Shown in pieces: positions 28,388 through 38,264 of a stretch of DNA of 64,000 bases. The position numbers and the translations under genes were made by a program. Under the pieces are notes generated by a model. The model made no database searches. It was not told the origin of the DNA and saw only the letters and a list, made by a program, of their open reading frames with translations. Source of the stretch: an uncultured Candidatus Rokubacteria bacterium. Its GTDB lineage: Bacteria; Methylomirabilota; Methylomirabilia; Rokubacteriales; CSP1-6. How positions within the stretch are numbered: position 1 is the first letter of the stretch; each line of letters begins with the position of its first letter. Location: positions 96,001 to 160,000 of the forward strand of contig CAVXJS010000007.1 of NCBI GenBank assembly GCA_963762145.1, read 5' to 3'.

Positions 28388-28508
28388 GGCCGCTTGAGAG
28401 AGCAAGACGCGGGCCAGCCGGATACGGCCGGAAATCAGCCGATTCGGCCGAGTTGGCGGCGCGCCGCTCCAGAAATCGTCAGGGCCGGGCCGGAAAACAG
28501 CACCGCGG

Positions 28509-29594
28509 CTACGCAGGCTGGAGGCGCCGCCGAGCCACCACGCCGCGGATACCGAGCCAGAGCCGGCCGATGCCCACGAGGAGAGCCATCAGCGCCGCGT
28601 ACGCGAGCGCGTACCACCACCAGTTGTTCAGCGCGAGACCGAGCCACTCCTTGGCGAGCGTGAGCACGATCAGGTGATGGAGGAAGTAGAGCATCAGCGC
28701 CGTGCGGCCGAGGACCACCAGCCATCCGGCGGGCAGGCGCTTGACCTCGACCGCGTAGTACGCGAGGCCGAGCAGGCAGAAGACGGAGCCCAGGCCCAGG
28801 AACGTGCTGATCCCGCGCGGGGTCCAGTGGCTGTTGACGATGAAGTCGCGCTTGAAGGCCAGCGACAGATGCAGCGGGGTGCCGTGCGCCCAGTCCCAGA
28901 TCGCGAACACGGCCAGGCCGACGAGGCCGGCCGCGGTCATGCGCGCCAGGTAGCGGGCGCGCCGCTCGGCGGTGTCCTGGAGCGCGAAGACCCAGCCCAG
29001 CGAGAGCCCGATCCACACGATGGCGAGCCACGGCCACGGGGGGAACTCGAAGAAGAAGATCCGCCCGAGCGTGCGATGGTCGGGCAGCCACGCCGAGATG
29101 TGCGCGTGATAGATCGAGAACAGCGCGTAGAAGGCGAGGGCGAACGCCACCAGGAGATATCGGGCCGACCGCCGGTGCAGGACCAGCATCGGCGGCAGGG
29201 CCAGGATGATGCCGAGCCCGATGGTCTGCAGCACGCCCCATTCCCAGAACGGCTCGTCGCGGAACACGACCAGGTTGAGCGCCCAGCCCGCCAGCATCAG
29301 CTTCGCCCCGCGCTGGAGGAACTTCGCGGCGACGCCGGGGCCGATCGGGGCGCCCGCCTGGCGCCGGGGCGCGAACGACAGGGGCAGGCAGAAGCCGACC
29401 AGGAACAGGAAGAGCGGCGCGCCCACCGCCATGGTCACGTAGATCATGTTGTAGCGCGGCCAGCCCATGGTGCCGTCCTGCCACCAGCGGCCGGTGTGGT
29501 TCGCGATCATGAGCAGCAGGGCGAAGCCCCGCACCGCATCCAGGAACTGCAGCCGGTCCGCGGAACCGCCGCCGCCCGAGCTGGCCGCCGCCAT
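28509..29594 (-). CDS. DUF1624/heparan-alpha-glucosaminide N-acetyltransferase-like membrane protein
   Basis: RLQFLDAVRGFALLLM..NH, APLFLFLVG, GVLQTIG, FPPWPW, LGR.AL..YFLH. Confidence 0.82.
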   Translation of the reverse strand: MAAASSGGGGSADRLQFLDAVRGFALLLMIANHTGRWWQDGTMGWPRYNMIYVTMAVGAPLFLFLVGFCLPLSFAPRRQAGAPIGPGVAAKFLQRGAKLMLAGWALNLVVFRDEPFWEWGVLQTIGLGIILALPPMLVLHRRSARYLLVAFALAFYALFSIYHAHISAWLPDHRTLGRIFFFEFPPWPWLAIVWIGLSLGWVFALQDTAERRARYLARMTAAGLVGLAVFAIWDWAHGTPLHLSLAFKRDFIVNSHWTPRGISTFLGLGSVFCLLGLAYYAVEVKRLPAGWLVVLGRTALMLYFLHHLIVLTLAKEWLGLALNNWWWYALAYAALMALLVGIGRLWLGIRGVVARRRLQPA

Positions 29595-29608
29595 CGTGCG
29601 CCGTCTCG

Positions 29609-31247
29609 CTAGCGCGGGTGCTTGGCCGGTGTCCGCCGCGGGGCGAAGAACAGCGGGCGGTCCATCCGGCCCACCGGCACCTCGACGAGCACCGGGCGAT
29701 CCTTGTCGATGGCCTCGCGCACGAGGCGGCCGACCTCGGTCGGCTCCTTGGCCCGCATGCCGAGGACGCCGTAGGCGTCGGCCAGCTTCATGAAGTCCGG
29801 GTTCTGGAGCTCCGCGCCGTACTGGCCGCCCCAGGACTCGTCGAGATCGCGCGCCACGTTGCCGTACGAGCTGTCGTTGAACACCACCGCCACCACGTTG
29901 ATGCCGTGGCGGGCCGCGGTGGAGAGCTCCTGCGCGTTGAAGAGGAAGCCGCCGTCGCCCGAGACCGAGACCACCGGCCGGTCCGGCCGCGCGACCTTGG
30001 CGCCGAGGGCCACCGGATAGGCGTAGCCGAGATTGCCGGAATACGATGACGAGAGATAGGTCCGCGGCTCGTAGACCGGCCAGAACGGCCGCGAGTAGTA
30101 GCCGATCTGGGTCATGCCCGCGACCAGGATGGCGTTCTCGGGGGTCGCGGCCCGGAGAGACTTGATGATCGACGCGTTGGGCTCCATCGTGTTGTCGGCC
30201 GCGATCCTCGCGCGGAGCGCCTCGTGCTCCGCCTTCCGGGAGGCCCGGGGCGGCGAGGCCGCGCGCAGCCGCTCGAGCAGGGCCTCGAGGGTGGCGCGCG
30301 CGTCGCCGACCAGGCCGAGGGTGTCCTTGTGGTTGCGGCCGATCTCGCGCTCGTCCGCGTCGATCTGGACGATGCGCGTCCCCGGCTTGAAGGTCGACCA
30401 GGGCCAGGCGCGTGCCCACCGCGAGCACCACGTCCGCCTCGTGCACGTGGTTGCGGAGCGGCGAGTCGCGCCAGTAGGCGGCGCCGAGCGAGAGCGCGTT
30501 GTGGTCGCTCACCGCGCCCTTGCCCTCGGCGGACTGGGCCACGCCGGCCTGCAGGTGCTCGGCCACCGCGGCGAGCGCGTCGTGCGCGCCGGAGAGATGG
30601 ACGCCGCCGCCCGCGTAGATGAGCGGCGCGCGCGCGCCCAGCAGCAGCTCGGCCGCGCGGTCCACGTCGCGCGCGGCGGCCGCGGGCCGGGGGACCTCGG
30701 CGGGCGGCAGCAGCTCGGCGAGGCCCTCGTCCTCCATCGTCTCGGGCGGCATCTCGAGCTCGACCGGGCGCGGCCGGCCCGACCGGAGCTGGACGGCCGC
30801 CTCGCGCACCGCGGCGGGAATGTCGGCGACCTGGAGCACGCGCTTGCGCCACTTGGTGACCGGCGTGATGCAGTCGAGCTGGTCGTTGACCTCGTGGAGC
30901 AGGCCGATGTCCTTGCCGATGCTGTCGCGCGGGATCTGGCCGGAGAGGATCAGCACCGGCGAGGAGGCCGAGTAGGCGGTGGAGAGGCCCGACATCGCGT
31001 TGAGCAGGCCGGGGCCCGGCACGACGAGCGCGGTGCCGAAGCTGCCGCCCGCGCGCGCGTAGCCGTCGGCCATGAAGCTGGTGGCCTGCTCGTGGCGCGT
31101 GGTGATGAAGCGGATCCGCGGCTCGTCGCGCAGGGCCGCCATCACCCCGTAGAGCTGCACGCCGGGCAGCCCGAAGATGACGCGGACGCCTTCGGTGTAG
31201 AGGGAGCGTACCAGCGCTTCGCCGCCCGTCATCGGTGTCGCCGCCAT
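29609..31247 (-). CDS. Thiamine diphosphate-dependent enzyme (acetolactate synthase-like); one frameshift near 30395
   Basis: FGLPG, RHEQATSFMADGYAR, GPG; C-terminal GDGGF...VVFND ThDP motif in a second frame. Confidence 0.85.
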
Positions 31248-31273
31248 GTCTCGTCTCTCCTGTGGTCTCCGCC

Positions 31274-32495
31274 TCAGGGCGCCTGCACGGCGCCGGCCTG
31301 GGCGAGATCGTCGATCGCACGGTCCTTGTAGCCCAGCAATGAGGTCAATACGGCGCGGGTGTGCTCGCCGACCCGGTAGGGCGCCGGTCCCGCCGGCGTG
31401 ACCGCGCGGCCGTCGAGCTGGAACGGCGCGGCGGTGACGCGTACCTCGCCGCGGGCCGGATGCGGCACGGTGGGGAACGCGCCGCGCGCCTGCAGGTGGG
31501 GATGCGCGACGACCTCTTCCGGCATGAGCACCGCGCGCGGCGGGGATGCGGGCATCGCGCAGCGCGGCCAGCGCCTCGTCCACCGTGGCGAACCGCGCGA
31601 GCCACTCGCCGATGATGTCGCGCAGCGCGGACCAGTTGCGCCGCCGCTGGTCCGGTGTCTCGAAGCGCGGGTCGGAGGCCAGGTCGGACCGGCCGAGCAG
31701 CGCCTGCAGGCGCGGCCACAGCGCGGCGGCGCCGCCGGTCTGGAGCGCGAGGTGGCGGCCGCCCACCGCGAACACGCCCATGGCCGGCCGCGGGGAGCCC
31801 TGCGTCTCGCCGCCGTTCAGCACCGCGGCGTAGGAGACGTCGTCGGCCGCGATCAGGGCCTCGAGCATCGACACGTCGAGGTACGCCCCTTGCCCGGTCC
31901 GATCGCGTCGCCGGAGAGCGGCCAGGATGGCGCCGAAGGCGTGCGTGCCGGCCAGCACGTCGGCGGCCTGGAGGTTGGACGCGCGCGGCGACGGCTGATC
32001 GCCCTGATCGAGGTGCATCATGCCGGAGGCCGCGTTGATGATGTGCGCGAAGGCCTGTCGCTCGCGCCACGGGCCGGTCTGGCCGAAGCCCGAGATCGAG
32101 CAATAGACGAGGTCGGGCTTGATCGCGGCCATCGCGGGATAGCCCAGCCCGAGCTTCTCGACGACGCCGGGGGCGAAGTTCTCGACGAACACATCGGCGA
32201 CCCGGCAGAGATCGGCCACGACCCCGCGACCCTGGGGGTGGCTCAGGTCCACCGCCACGCTTTCCTTGCCCACGTTGATTCGGATGAAGTAGGTGGACTG
32301 GTCGGTGCGGCCGGGCTCGAGCTGGAGGTGGTTCTTCCGCATGTCGTCGCCCTCGCCGGGCCGCTCGATCTTGACCACGCGCGCGCCCAGGTCGGCGAGG
32401 AGGCGCGTGCAGTACGGGCCGGCGAGCACGCGGGTGAGATCGAGGACGACAAGATCAGACAGGGGCAGATCAGACAGCGGGCCGGGCTCGCGCAC
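31274..32495 (-). CDS. Family III CoA transferase; one frameshift near 31540
   Basis: Same motifs as the 18349-19560 paralog; C-terminus continues in the 31274-31555 frame. Confidence 0.85.
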
Positions 32496-32551
32496 CGGGC
32501 GAGTATAGCGCGCCGATTGACGGGGCGCACCTGCCCCCCTAGACTCGGCGC
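32496..32551. promoter_or_regulatory. Back-to-back promoters for two leaderless genes
   Basis: Plus strand TTGACG(32517)-N17-TAGACT-N6-ATG(32552); minus strand TATACT-N6-GTG(32495); no RBS on either side. Confidence 0.7.
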
Positions 32552-33346
32552 ATGCGACGCAATCGACTCCGGGAGCTGCTGCGGGAGGGACGGCCCACGC
32601 TGGGCACGCACATCCATTCGGCGTGGCCGGCGGTGGTGGAGCTGGCGGGGCACGCGGGGGTCTTCGACTACGTGGAGTTCGCGGGCGAGTACGCGCCCTA
32701 CGACCTCTTCGCGCTGGAGAACCTCGGGCGGGCGGTGAACACCTTCGATCACATGTCGGCGATGTTCAAGGTCGAGCAGCAGCCCCGCACCTATCTCGCG
32801 GTGCGCGCGATCGGCTCGGGCATCCAGAACGTGCTCTTCGCCGACCCGCGCACCCCCGACGACGTGCGCGAGTGCGTGCGCAGCGTGCGCGCGGAGACGC
32901 CCGCGACGGGCGGGATCCACGGGGTGGGCATGCGCCGCGACGTGGGCTACGTGATGGACGTGGGCTCGCCGGCCTTCGTGCAGGCCCTCGAGGACGCGGT
33001 GGTGGCGGTGATGATCGAGAAGGCCTCCGCGGTCGAAAACCTGGAGGCGATGCTGTCGGTGAAGGGGGTGGACATGGTGCAGTTCGGCCCCGCCGACTAC
33101 TCGATGAGCATCGGCCTGCCCGGACAGTGGAATCATCCGCGCGTGATCGAGGCCGAGCGGCACGTGATCAAGACCGCGCTCCGGCTCGGCATCGCCCCCC
33201 GCGCGGAGATCTCGCATCCGAGCGAGGCCAAGGCCTATCTCGACCAGGGCGTCCGGCACTTCTGCATGGGCTGGGACGTCAGCGTGCTGTTCGACTACTT
33301 CAAGGCCGAGGGCGGCGCCCTGCGCGACATGCTGGGCGCGGGCTAG
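32552..33346 (+). CDS. HpcH/HpaI class II aldolase family protein
   Basis: FDYVEF.GEY, VMIE...AVENL, GVDMVQFGPADYS. Confidence 0.85.
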   Translation: MRRNRLRELLREGRPTLGTHIHSAWPAVVELAGHAGVFDYVEFAGEYAPYDLFALENLGRAVNTFDHMSAMFKVEQQPRTYLAVRAIGSGIQNVLFADPRTPDDVRECVRSVRAETPATGGIHGVGMRRDVGYVMDVGSPAFVQALEDAVVAVMIEKASAVENLEAMLSVKGVDMVQFGPADYSMSIGLPGQWNHPRVIEAERHVIKTALRLGIAPRAEISHPSEAKAYLDQGVRHFCMGWDVSVLFDYFKAEGGALRDMLGAG

Positions 33347-33363
33347 CCCGCGGGCCGCCGCCC

Positions 33364-34731
33364 ATGGCGCCCCGTCCGGCGCGCCCCGCGGCCGCCGGGC
33401 TCCTCCTCTCGCTGCTGCTCGTCGGCATCCTGGTCGGGTGCCGGGAGCGGTCCGCCGCGGACGCGCCGATCACGCTGGTCTTCAAGCACGCCAAGATCCT
33501 GGGGCCCGCCGATCCGGTGCCCGGCCTGCTGCGGCGCTTCGAGGCCGAGCACCCGGGCGTCCGCGTGCAGAGCGAGGCGCTCACCTGGAGCTCGGACGAG
33601 CAGCATCAGTTCTACGTGATCAACCTCGAGGGTGGCAGCCCGCCCTTCGACGTGATGATGCTCGACGTCATCTGGGTCCCCGAGTTCGCGCGCGCGGGCT
33701 GGATCCTGGATCTCACTCCGTCGGTGACCCCGGCCGAGCGCGACGCGCACTTCCCGTCCGCGATCGAGCCCGCGATGCAGAACGGCCGTCTCTGGGCCCT
33801 CCCGTGGTTCATGAACGTGGGCCTCCTCTACTATCGCGCCGACCTGCTCGCGAAGTACGGCGTCGGGCCGCCCGAGACGTACGACGAGCTGATCGAGCAG
33901 GTGCGGCGGATCCGGGCGGGGGAGCGCGATCCGAAGCTCGACGGCTATCTCTGGCAGGGCAAGCAGTACGAAGGCGGCATGGTCAACGTGCTCGAAGCGC
34001 TCTGGGCCAACGGGGCGCGGCTCCTCGACGAGGCGGGCCGATCCTTCCCCGAGCCCGAGCGCGCGCGCGAGTCGCTCGCCTTCCTGCGCGGCCTCATCGA
34101 GAGCGGGGTGAGCCCGGCCTGGGTCACCGCGGCGGACGAGGAGCTGACGCGTCGGCCATTCGGCGACGGTCGCGCGATCTTCCTGCGGGGCTGGCCCTAC
34201 GCGCTCGACCTCTTCGAGCTGCCGGACTCGCGCGTGCGGGGCAAGGTGGGCGTCGCCCCGATCCCGCGCCTGCGCCACGGCCCGGTCGGCGCCGCCTCCA
34301 CCGGCGGCGCGCACCTCGCGGTGAGCGCGCGCACGCGGCACCGGGACCTGGCGGTGGCGCTCGCGCGCTTTCTCACCGGCGAGGACGCCCAGCGTGCCAT
34401 GACCGAGGGCGCCGCGCTCCGGCCCTCGCGCCCCGCGCTCTACCGCGACGCGGCCCTGATCGCGCGGGACCCGAGCCTGCCCGCGCTGTACGGGCTGATG
34501 CTCCGCGGCCACCCGCGCCCCATCACGCCGTACTACCTGATGCTGTCCACCACGCTCCAGCCCGAGTTCTCCGCGGTCCTGGTCGGCCGCAAGACGCCCG
34601 AGCGCGCGATGCGCGACGCCGCCGCCCAGATCGAGCACCTCCTCCGCTCGGTCCAGCCGGATGCCGGAGCATCCGGCCAAGCGCCGGTGGCCGCGCCGCG
34701 GGTTCCCGAGCCGCGGGTTCAGGACGCCCCG
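33364..34731 (+). CDS. Sugar ABC transporter substrate-binding lipoprotein (reads in frame into the permease)
   Basis: LVGC lipobox; DVIWVPEFA, LPWF..VGLLYYR.DLL, WQGKQYEG, RPITPYY (trehalose/maltose-type SBP). Confidence 0.85.
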
Positions 34732-35670
34732 ATGAGCCCGCAGGGCGAAGAGGCCAAACCGCAGCGCGACCTCATCCACGCACCCCCGCTAAGAAAGAGT
34801 CCCGGTCGCGACACCGCCGACCGTCGCCTGGCGTGGATTCTCCTCAGCCCGGCCCTCCTGGTCTTGGGCACGCTCACGCTCTATCCCGCGCTCTGGGTGC
34901 TGTGGCTCGCGCTCCAGTACCGGGTCCCGGTGTTCGGCATCTCGCGCTGGGCCGGGCTCGAGCACTTCGCGTTCCTCGCGGTGGACACGCGCTTCTGGAA
35001 CGCGGCGTGGGTCACCGGGGTGTTCACGGTGACCTCGGTCGCGCTGGAGGGCGCCCTGGGCCTCGCCATCGCGGTGGCGCTGCGGGGGCAGCGCGGCGGC
35101 CGGCGCATCGCGCTCGCGCTCCTGCTCCTGGCCTGGGCGCTCCCATCGGTGGTGACCGCCAAGATGTTCGAGTGGCTCTATCACCCCGCGGGCGGGCTCG
35201 TGAACTTCGTGCTGGGCGGCCGGGTTATCAACTGGCTCGGCGATCCGGCCCTGGCCCTGCCGTCGCTGATCCTGGCCGACGTCTGGCGCGCCACCCCGTT
35301 CGTGGCCCTGCTCTGCTACGCGCGTCTCCTCACCATCCCGCCCGATCTCTACGAAGCCGCCGAGGTCGACGGCGCGGCGGGCCTGCAGGCTTTCACGCGC
35401 ATCACGTGGCCGCTCGTGCGGCCCATCCTCCTGGTGACCCTGCTGTTCCGGACGCTCGACGCGATCCGCGCCTTCGACATCATGTTCGTGCTGACGGGTG
35501 GCGGGCCGGCGGGCAGCACCGAGTCGCTCACGGTCTACGCCTATCGCGCTCTGTTCCAGACGCTGCAGGTCGGTTTCGGCTCCGCCATCGGCGTCGTGGT
35601 CTTCGCGCTCGTGATGGTCGTCGCGGCCCTGTACCTGCGCCTGATCGGCCGCCAGGAGCAGCCCGCGTGA
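34732..35670 (+). CDS. Carbohydrate ABC transporter permease (MalF-like)
   Basis: LSPAL, DVW..TPFV, LYEAAEVDGA (EAA loop), FD..FVLTGGGP. Confidence 0.88.
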   Translation: MSPQGEEAKPQRDLIHAPPLRKSPGRDTADRRLAWILLSPALLVLGTLTLYPALWVLWLALQYRVPVFGISRWAGLEHFAFLAVDTRFWNAAWVTGVFTVTSVALEGALGLAIAVALRGQRGGRRIALALLLLAWALPSVVTAKMFEWLYHPAGGLVNFVLGGRVINWLGDPALALPSLILADVWRATPFVALLCYARLLTIPPDLYEAAEVDGAAGLQAFTRITWPLVRPILLVTLLFRTLDAIRAFDIMFVLTGGGPAGSTESLTVYAYRALFQTLQVGFGSAIGVVVFALVMVVAALYLRLIGRQEQPA

Positions 35671-36482
35671 GAACGGGCCGGCTGCGCGACGGCCTGGTGC
35701 TGCTGGCCCTGGCGCTCTACGCGTCGCCCTTTTTCTGGCAGGCGCTGACCTCGGTGCGGCCCGACGCCGAGCTGCTGCCCTTGACCCGGCTCCTGCCGAG
35801 CCATCTCACGTGGGCGCACTACGACGTGGTGTTCCGCCAGAGCCTGATGCCGCGCGCGCTCGTGAACAGCCTGGGCATCGCGCTCCTCAGCACGCTGCTC
35901 GCGGTGGGGCTCGGGGCGCTGGCCGCCTACGCCCTCGCGCGGCTGCCGGTGCGGGGCCGCGACGTGATCCTCCTGGGCATGATCGCGGCCACCGCGTTTC
36001 CCCAGATCGCCACCGTGAGCCCGCTCTATCTCCTGATGCGCGCGCTCGGCCTGCGCGACACCTGGCTGGCGCTCGTCCTCGCGAACGGCTCGTTCGCGCT
36101 GCCGCTGGTGATCTGGCTGCTCACCGGCTTCATCCGGGAGATCCCCCGCGCGCTCGAGGAGGCGGCCGCGACGGATGGCGCCGGCCGCCTGGCAATTCTC
36201 AGGTGGGTGGTGCTCCCGCTGGTGGCGCCGGGCATGGCCTCGGCCGCGCTGCTCGCGTTCCTCTTCTCGTGGAACGAGTTCCTGTTCGCCTACAGCTTCA
36301 CCGCCACCGAGGCCAGCCGCACGGTGCCGGTGGCGCTGGCGCTCTTTCCCGGTGTCTTCGAGGTGCCGTGGGGCGATATCGCGGCCGCCTCGCTGCTGGC
36401 GAGCCTGCCGCCGATCCTGATCGTGGTGGGCTTCCAGCGCTACCTGGTCCGCGGTCTCCTGGCCGGGGCCCTCCGCGAGTAG
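35667..36482 (+). CDS. Carbohydrate ABC transporter permease (MalG-like)
   Basis: NSL, AAYALAR, IP.ALEEAAATDG, WNEFLFA, FQRYLVRGL..GA; GTGA overlap. Confidence 0.9.
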   Translation: MRTGRLRDGLVLLALALYASPFFWQALTSVRPDAELLPLTRLLPSHLTWAHYDVVFRQSLMPRALVNSLGIALLSTLLAVGLGALAAYALARLPVRGRDVILLGMIAATAFPQIATVSPLYLLMRALGLRDTWLALVLANGSFALPLVIWLLTGFIREIPRALEEAAATDGAGRLAILRWVVLPLVAPGMASAALLAFLFSWNEFLFAYSFTATEASRTVPVALALFPGVFEVPWGDIAAASLLASLPPILIVVGFQRYLVRGLLAGALRE

Positions 36483-36488
36483 AACGCA

Positions 36489-36523
36489 CCCCTCACCCTG
36501 CCCTCTCCCCGAAGGGGAGGGGG
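36489..36523. repeat. REP-like palindrome
   Basis: CCCCTCACCCTGCCCTCTCCCCGAAGGGGAGGGGG between convergent genes. Confidence 0.75.
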
Positions 36524-36525
36524 TT

Positions 36526-37023
36526 CTAGGGCTCGGTCACCAGCCCCGGCGTGACCGTCGCGCCCGGTAGCGCGCGGAATACCTCGGGCGAGATCTTGAC
36601 CTTCAGCGAGCGGCTGCCGCCGCCCAGGATGATCCAGGGCAGGGGCATCAGCCCCTCGTCCACGTAGATCGGCAGATCGGCGGGCAGGGCGAACACGGTG
36701 ACGCCGCCCAGCATCATGCCGGTGAGCGCGCGCGTCTCCTCCGGGTCGGCGAACGAGAGGCGGGAGACGCCCAGCAGCTTCCGCACCGTGTGGTTGACGT
36801 CCACCCGTCGGGTGGCGCGAACCACGCACGCGCAGTACCGCTTCGGCTCCTTCTTCGAGCCGACGATGATGGTGTTGGCCGACTGCTCGGCCGGGTAGCC
36901 GTACTGCGCGCAGAACGCGGCGGTGTCGGCGTACTGGGGGTCGATCTCGACCATCTCGTGGGCGAGGCCGAGCCCACCGAGGACCTGGCGTACCCGCTGC
37001 TCGATCTCGTCCGGGGTGATCAC
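36526..37023 (-). CDS. YbaK/aminoacyl-tRNA deacylase-like protein
   Basis: DTAAFC, SFA...E...LTGM..GGVT.F, IILGGGSRS.K. Confidence 0.8.
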   Translation of the reverse strand: MITPDEIEQRVRQVLGGLGLAHEMVEIDPQYADTAAFCAQYGYPAEQSANTIIVGSKKEPKRYCACVVRATRRVDVNHTVRKLLGVSRLSFADPEETRALTGMMLGGVTVFALPADLPIYVDEGLMPLPWIILGGGSRSLKVKISPEVFRALPGATVTPGLVTEP

Positions 37024-37147
37024 GGAGACCTCCTGTCGGAATGTGGATTCGCGCGGCGCGCCGCGCGGCGCGCTTCATTGTACAATCACCCGTCCACGCT
37101 TCCGCTTCCTCACGACGATCCGGCGGCGCCGCCGGAGGAGACCCGCG

Positions 37148-37942
37148 ATGAGCACCGATCTGATCGAGCAGGTGAAGGACGGAGTGGCCGTGCTGACCCT
37201 CAATCGCCCGGATCGGCTGAACGCGATGTCGCGGCCGATGCTCGACGCGCTGCTGGAGGCGCTGCCGCGGCTGGCCGAGGATCCGGCGGTCGGGGTGATC
37301 GTGCTCACCGGGGCCGGACGCGGCTTCTGCGCGGGCGGCGACGTCAAGGCGATGGCGGAGGGCAACGAGCTGGGCGGCCAGACGATGGAGGATCGCGCCC
37401 AGGCGCTGCGCTCGCGCATGGAGACCTCGCGCTGGCTGCACGAGATGCCCAAGCCCACCATCGCGATGCTGCGCGGACCGGCCGCGGGCGCCGGTCTCTC
37501 CCTGGCGATGGCGTGCGACATGCGCATCGCGAGCGACACCGTGAAGCTCGGCACCGCCTTCGCGCGCGTGGGGTACTCGGGCGACTTCGGCGGCAGCTAC
37601 TACCTGACCCAGCTCGTGGGCACCGCCAAGGCGCGCGAGCTCTACTTCACGGCGGACCTGCTCGACGCGCAGCAGGCGCTCGGCCTGGGGCTGGTGAACC
37701 GGGTGGTGCCCGACGCGCGCCTCGAGGAGGAAACCATGGCGCTCGCCTCGCGCCTGGCCCGCGGCCCGCGGGTGGCCTATCGCTACATGAAGCGCAACAT
37801 GAACGCGGCGGAGACCGCGTCCCTCAAGGACATGCTCGACCTCGAGGCCTGGAACCACACGCGGACCGGCATGACCGAGGACCACCGCGAGGCCGCCCGC
37901 GCCTTCGTCGAGAAGCGCGAGCCGCAATTCAAGGGAATGTAG
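37148..37942 (+). CDS. Enoyl-CoA hydratase/isomerase family protein
   Basis: GGAGGAG RBS; LNRPDRLNA, FCAGGDV, AAGAGLSLA.ACD.R, AF.EKR.P.F.G. Confidence 0.92.
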   Translation: MSTDLIEQVKDGVAVLTLNRPDRLNAMSRPMLDALLEALPRLAEDPAVGVIVLTGAGRGFCAGGDVKAMAEGNELGGQTMEDRAQALRSRMETSRWLHEMPKPTIAMLRGPAAGAGLSLAMACDMRIASDTVKLGTAFARVGYSGDFGGSYYLTQLVGTAKARELYFTADLLDAQQALGLGLVNRVVPDARLEEETMALASRLARGPRVAYRYMKRNMNAAETASLKDMLDLEAWNHTRTGMTEDHREAARAFVEKREPQFKGM

Positions 37943-37953
37943 GGCGAGCCGCA

Positions 37954-38160
37954 GCCGAAGGCGAGGCGAGCGAATACAAGAAATCAGAGCGGGTTGCCCT
38001 ATCGCCAGGCCGAGATAGGCGAGCCGAAGGCGAGGCGAGCGAATACAAGAAATCAGAGCGGGTTGCCCTATCGGCAGGCCGAGATAGGCGAGCCGAAGGC
38101 GAGGCGAGCGAATACAAGAAATCAGAGCGGGTTGCCCTATCGGCAGGCCGAGATAGGCGA
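37954..38160. repeat. Three tandem 69-bp direct repeats with internal hairpin
   Basis: Units start at 37954, 38023 and 38092 and differ by one base; each contains CCTATC...GATAGG. Confidence 0.92.
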
Positions 38161-38182
38161 GCCGCAGCCGAGAGGAGAGGAG

Positions 38183-38264
38183 CCCCTCACCCCGGCCCTC
38201 TCCCCAGAGGGGAGAGGGAGATCGGTCCCTCGCCCCCGGAGGGGGAGAGGGCCGGGTGAGGGGG
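38183..38264. repeat. Double REP-like palindrome
   Basis: CCCCTCACCCCGGCCCTCTCCCC...GGGGAGAGGGCCGGGTGAGGGG. Confidence 0.8.

Noticed and set aside
28509-32495. 1328-aa ORF joining CoA transferase, ThDP enzyme and DUF1624 parts
   Set aside because: It is a chimera created by two frameshifts; each gene has its own start, and the true C-termini of the first two lie in other frames
34729-34752. Hammerhead-like pattern CCGATGA-GCCC-GCA-GGGC-GAAG
   Set aside because: The core deviates from CUGANGA and GAAA, and I could not find stems I and III
37954-38160. CRISPR array
   Set aside because: The units are identical end to end with no unique spacers, and no cas genes are present
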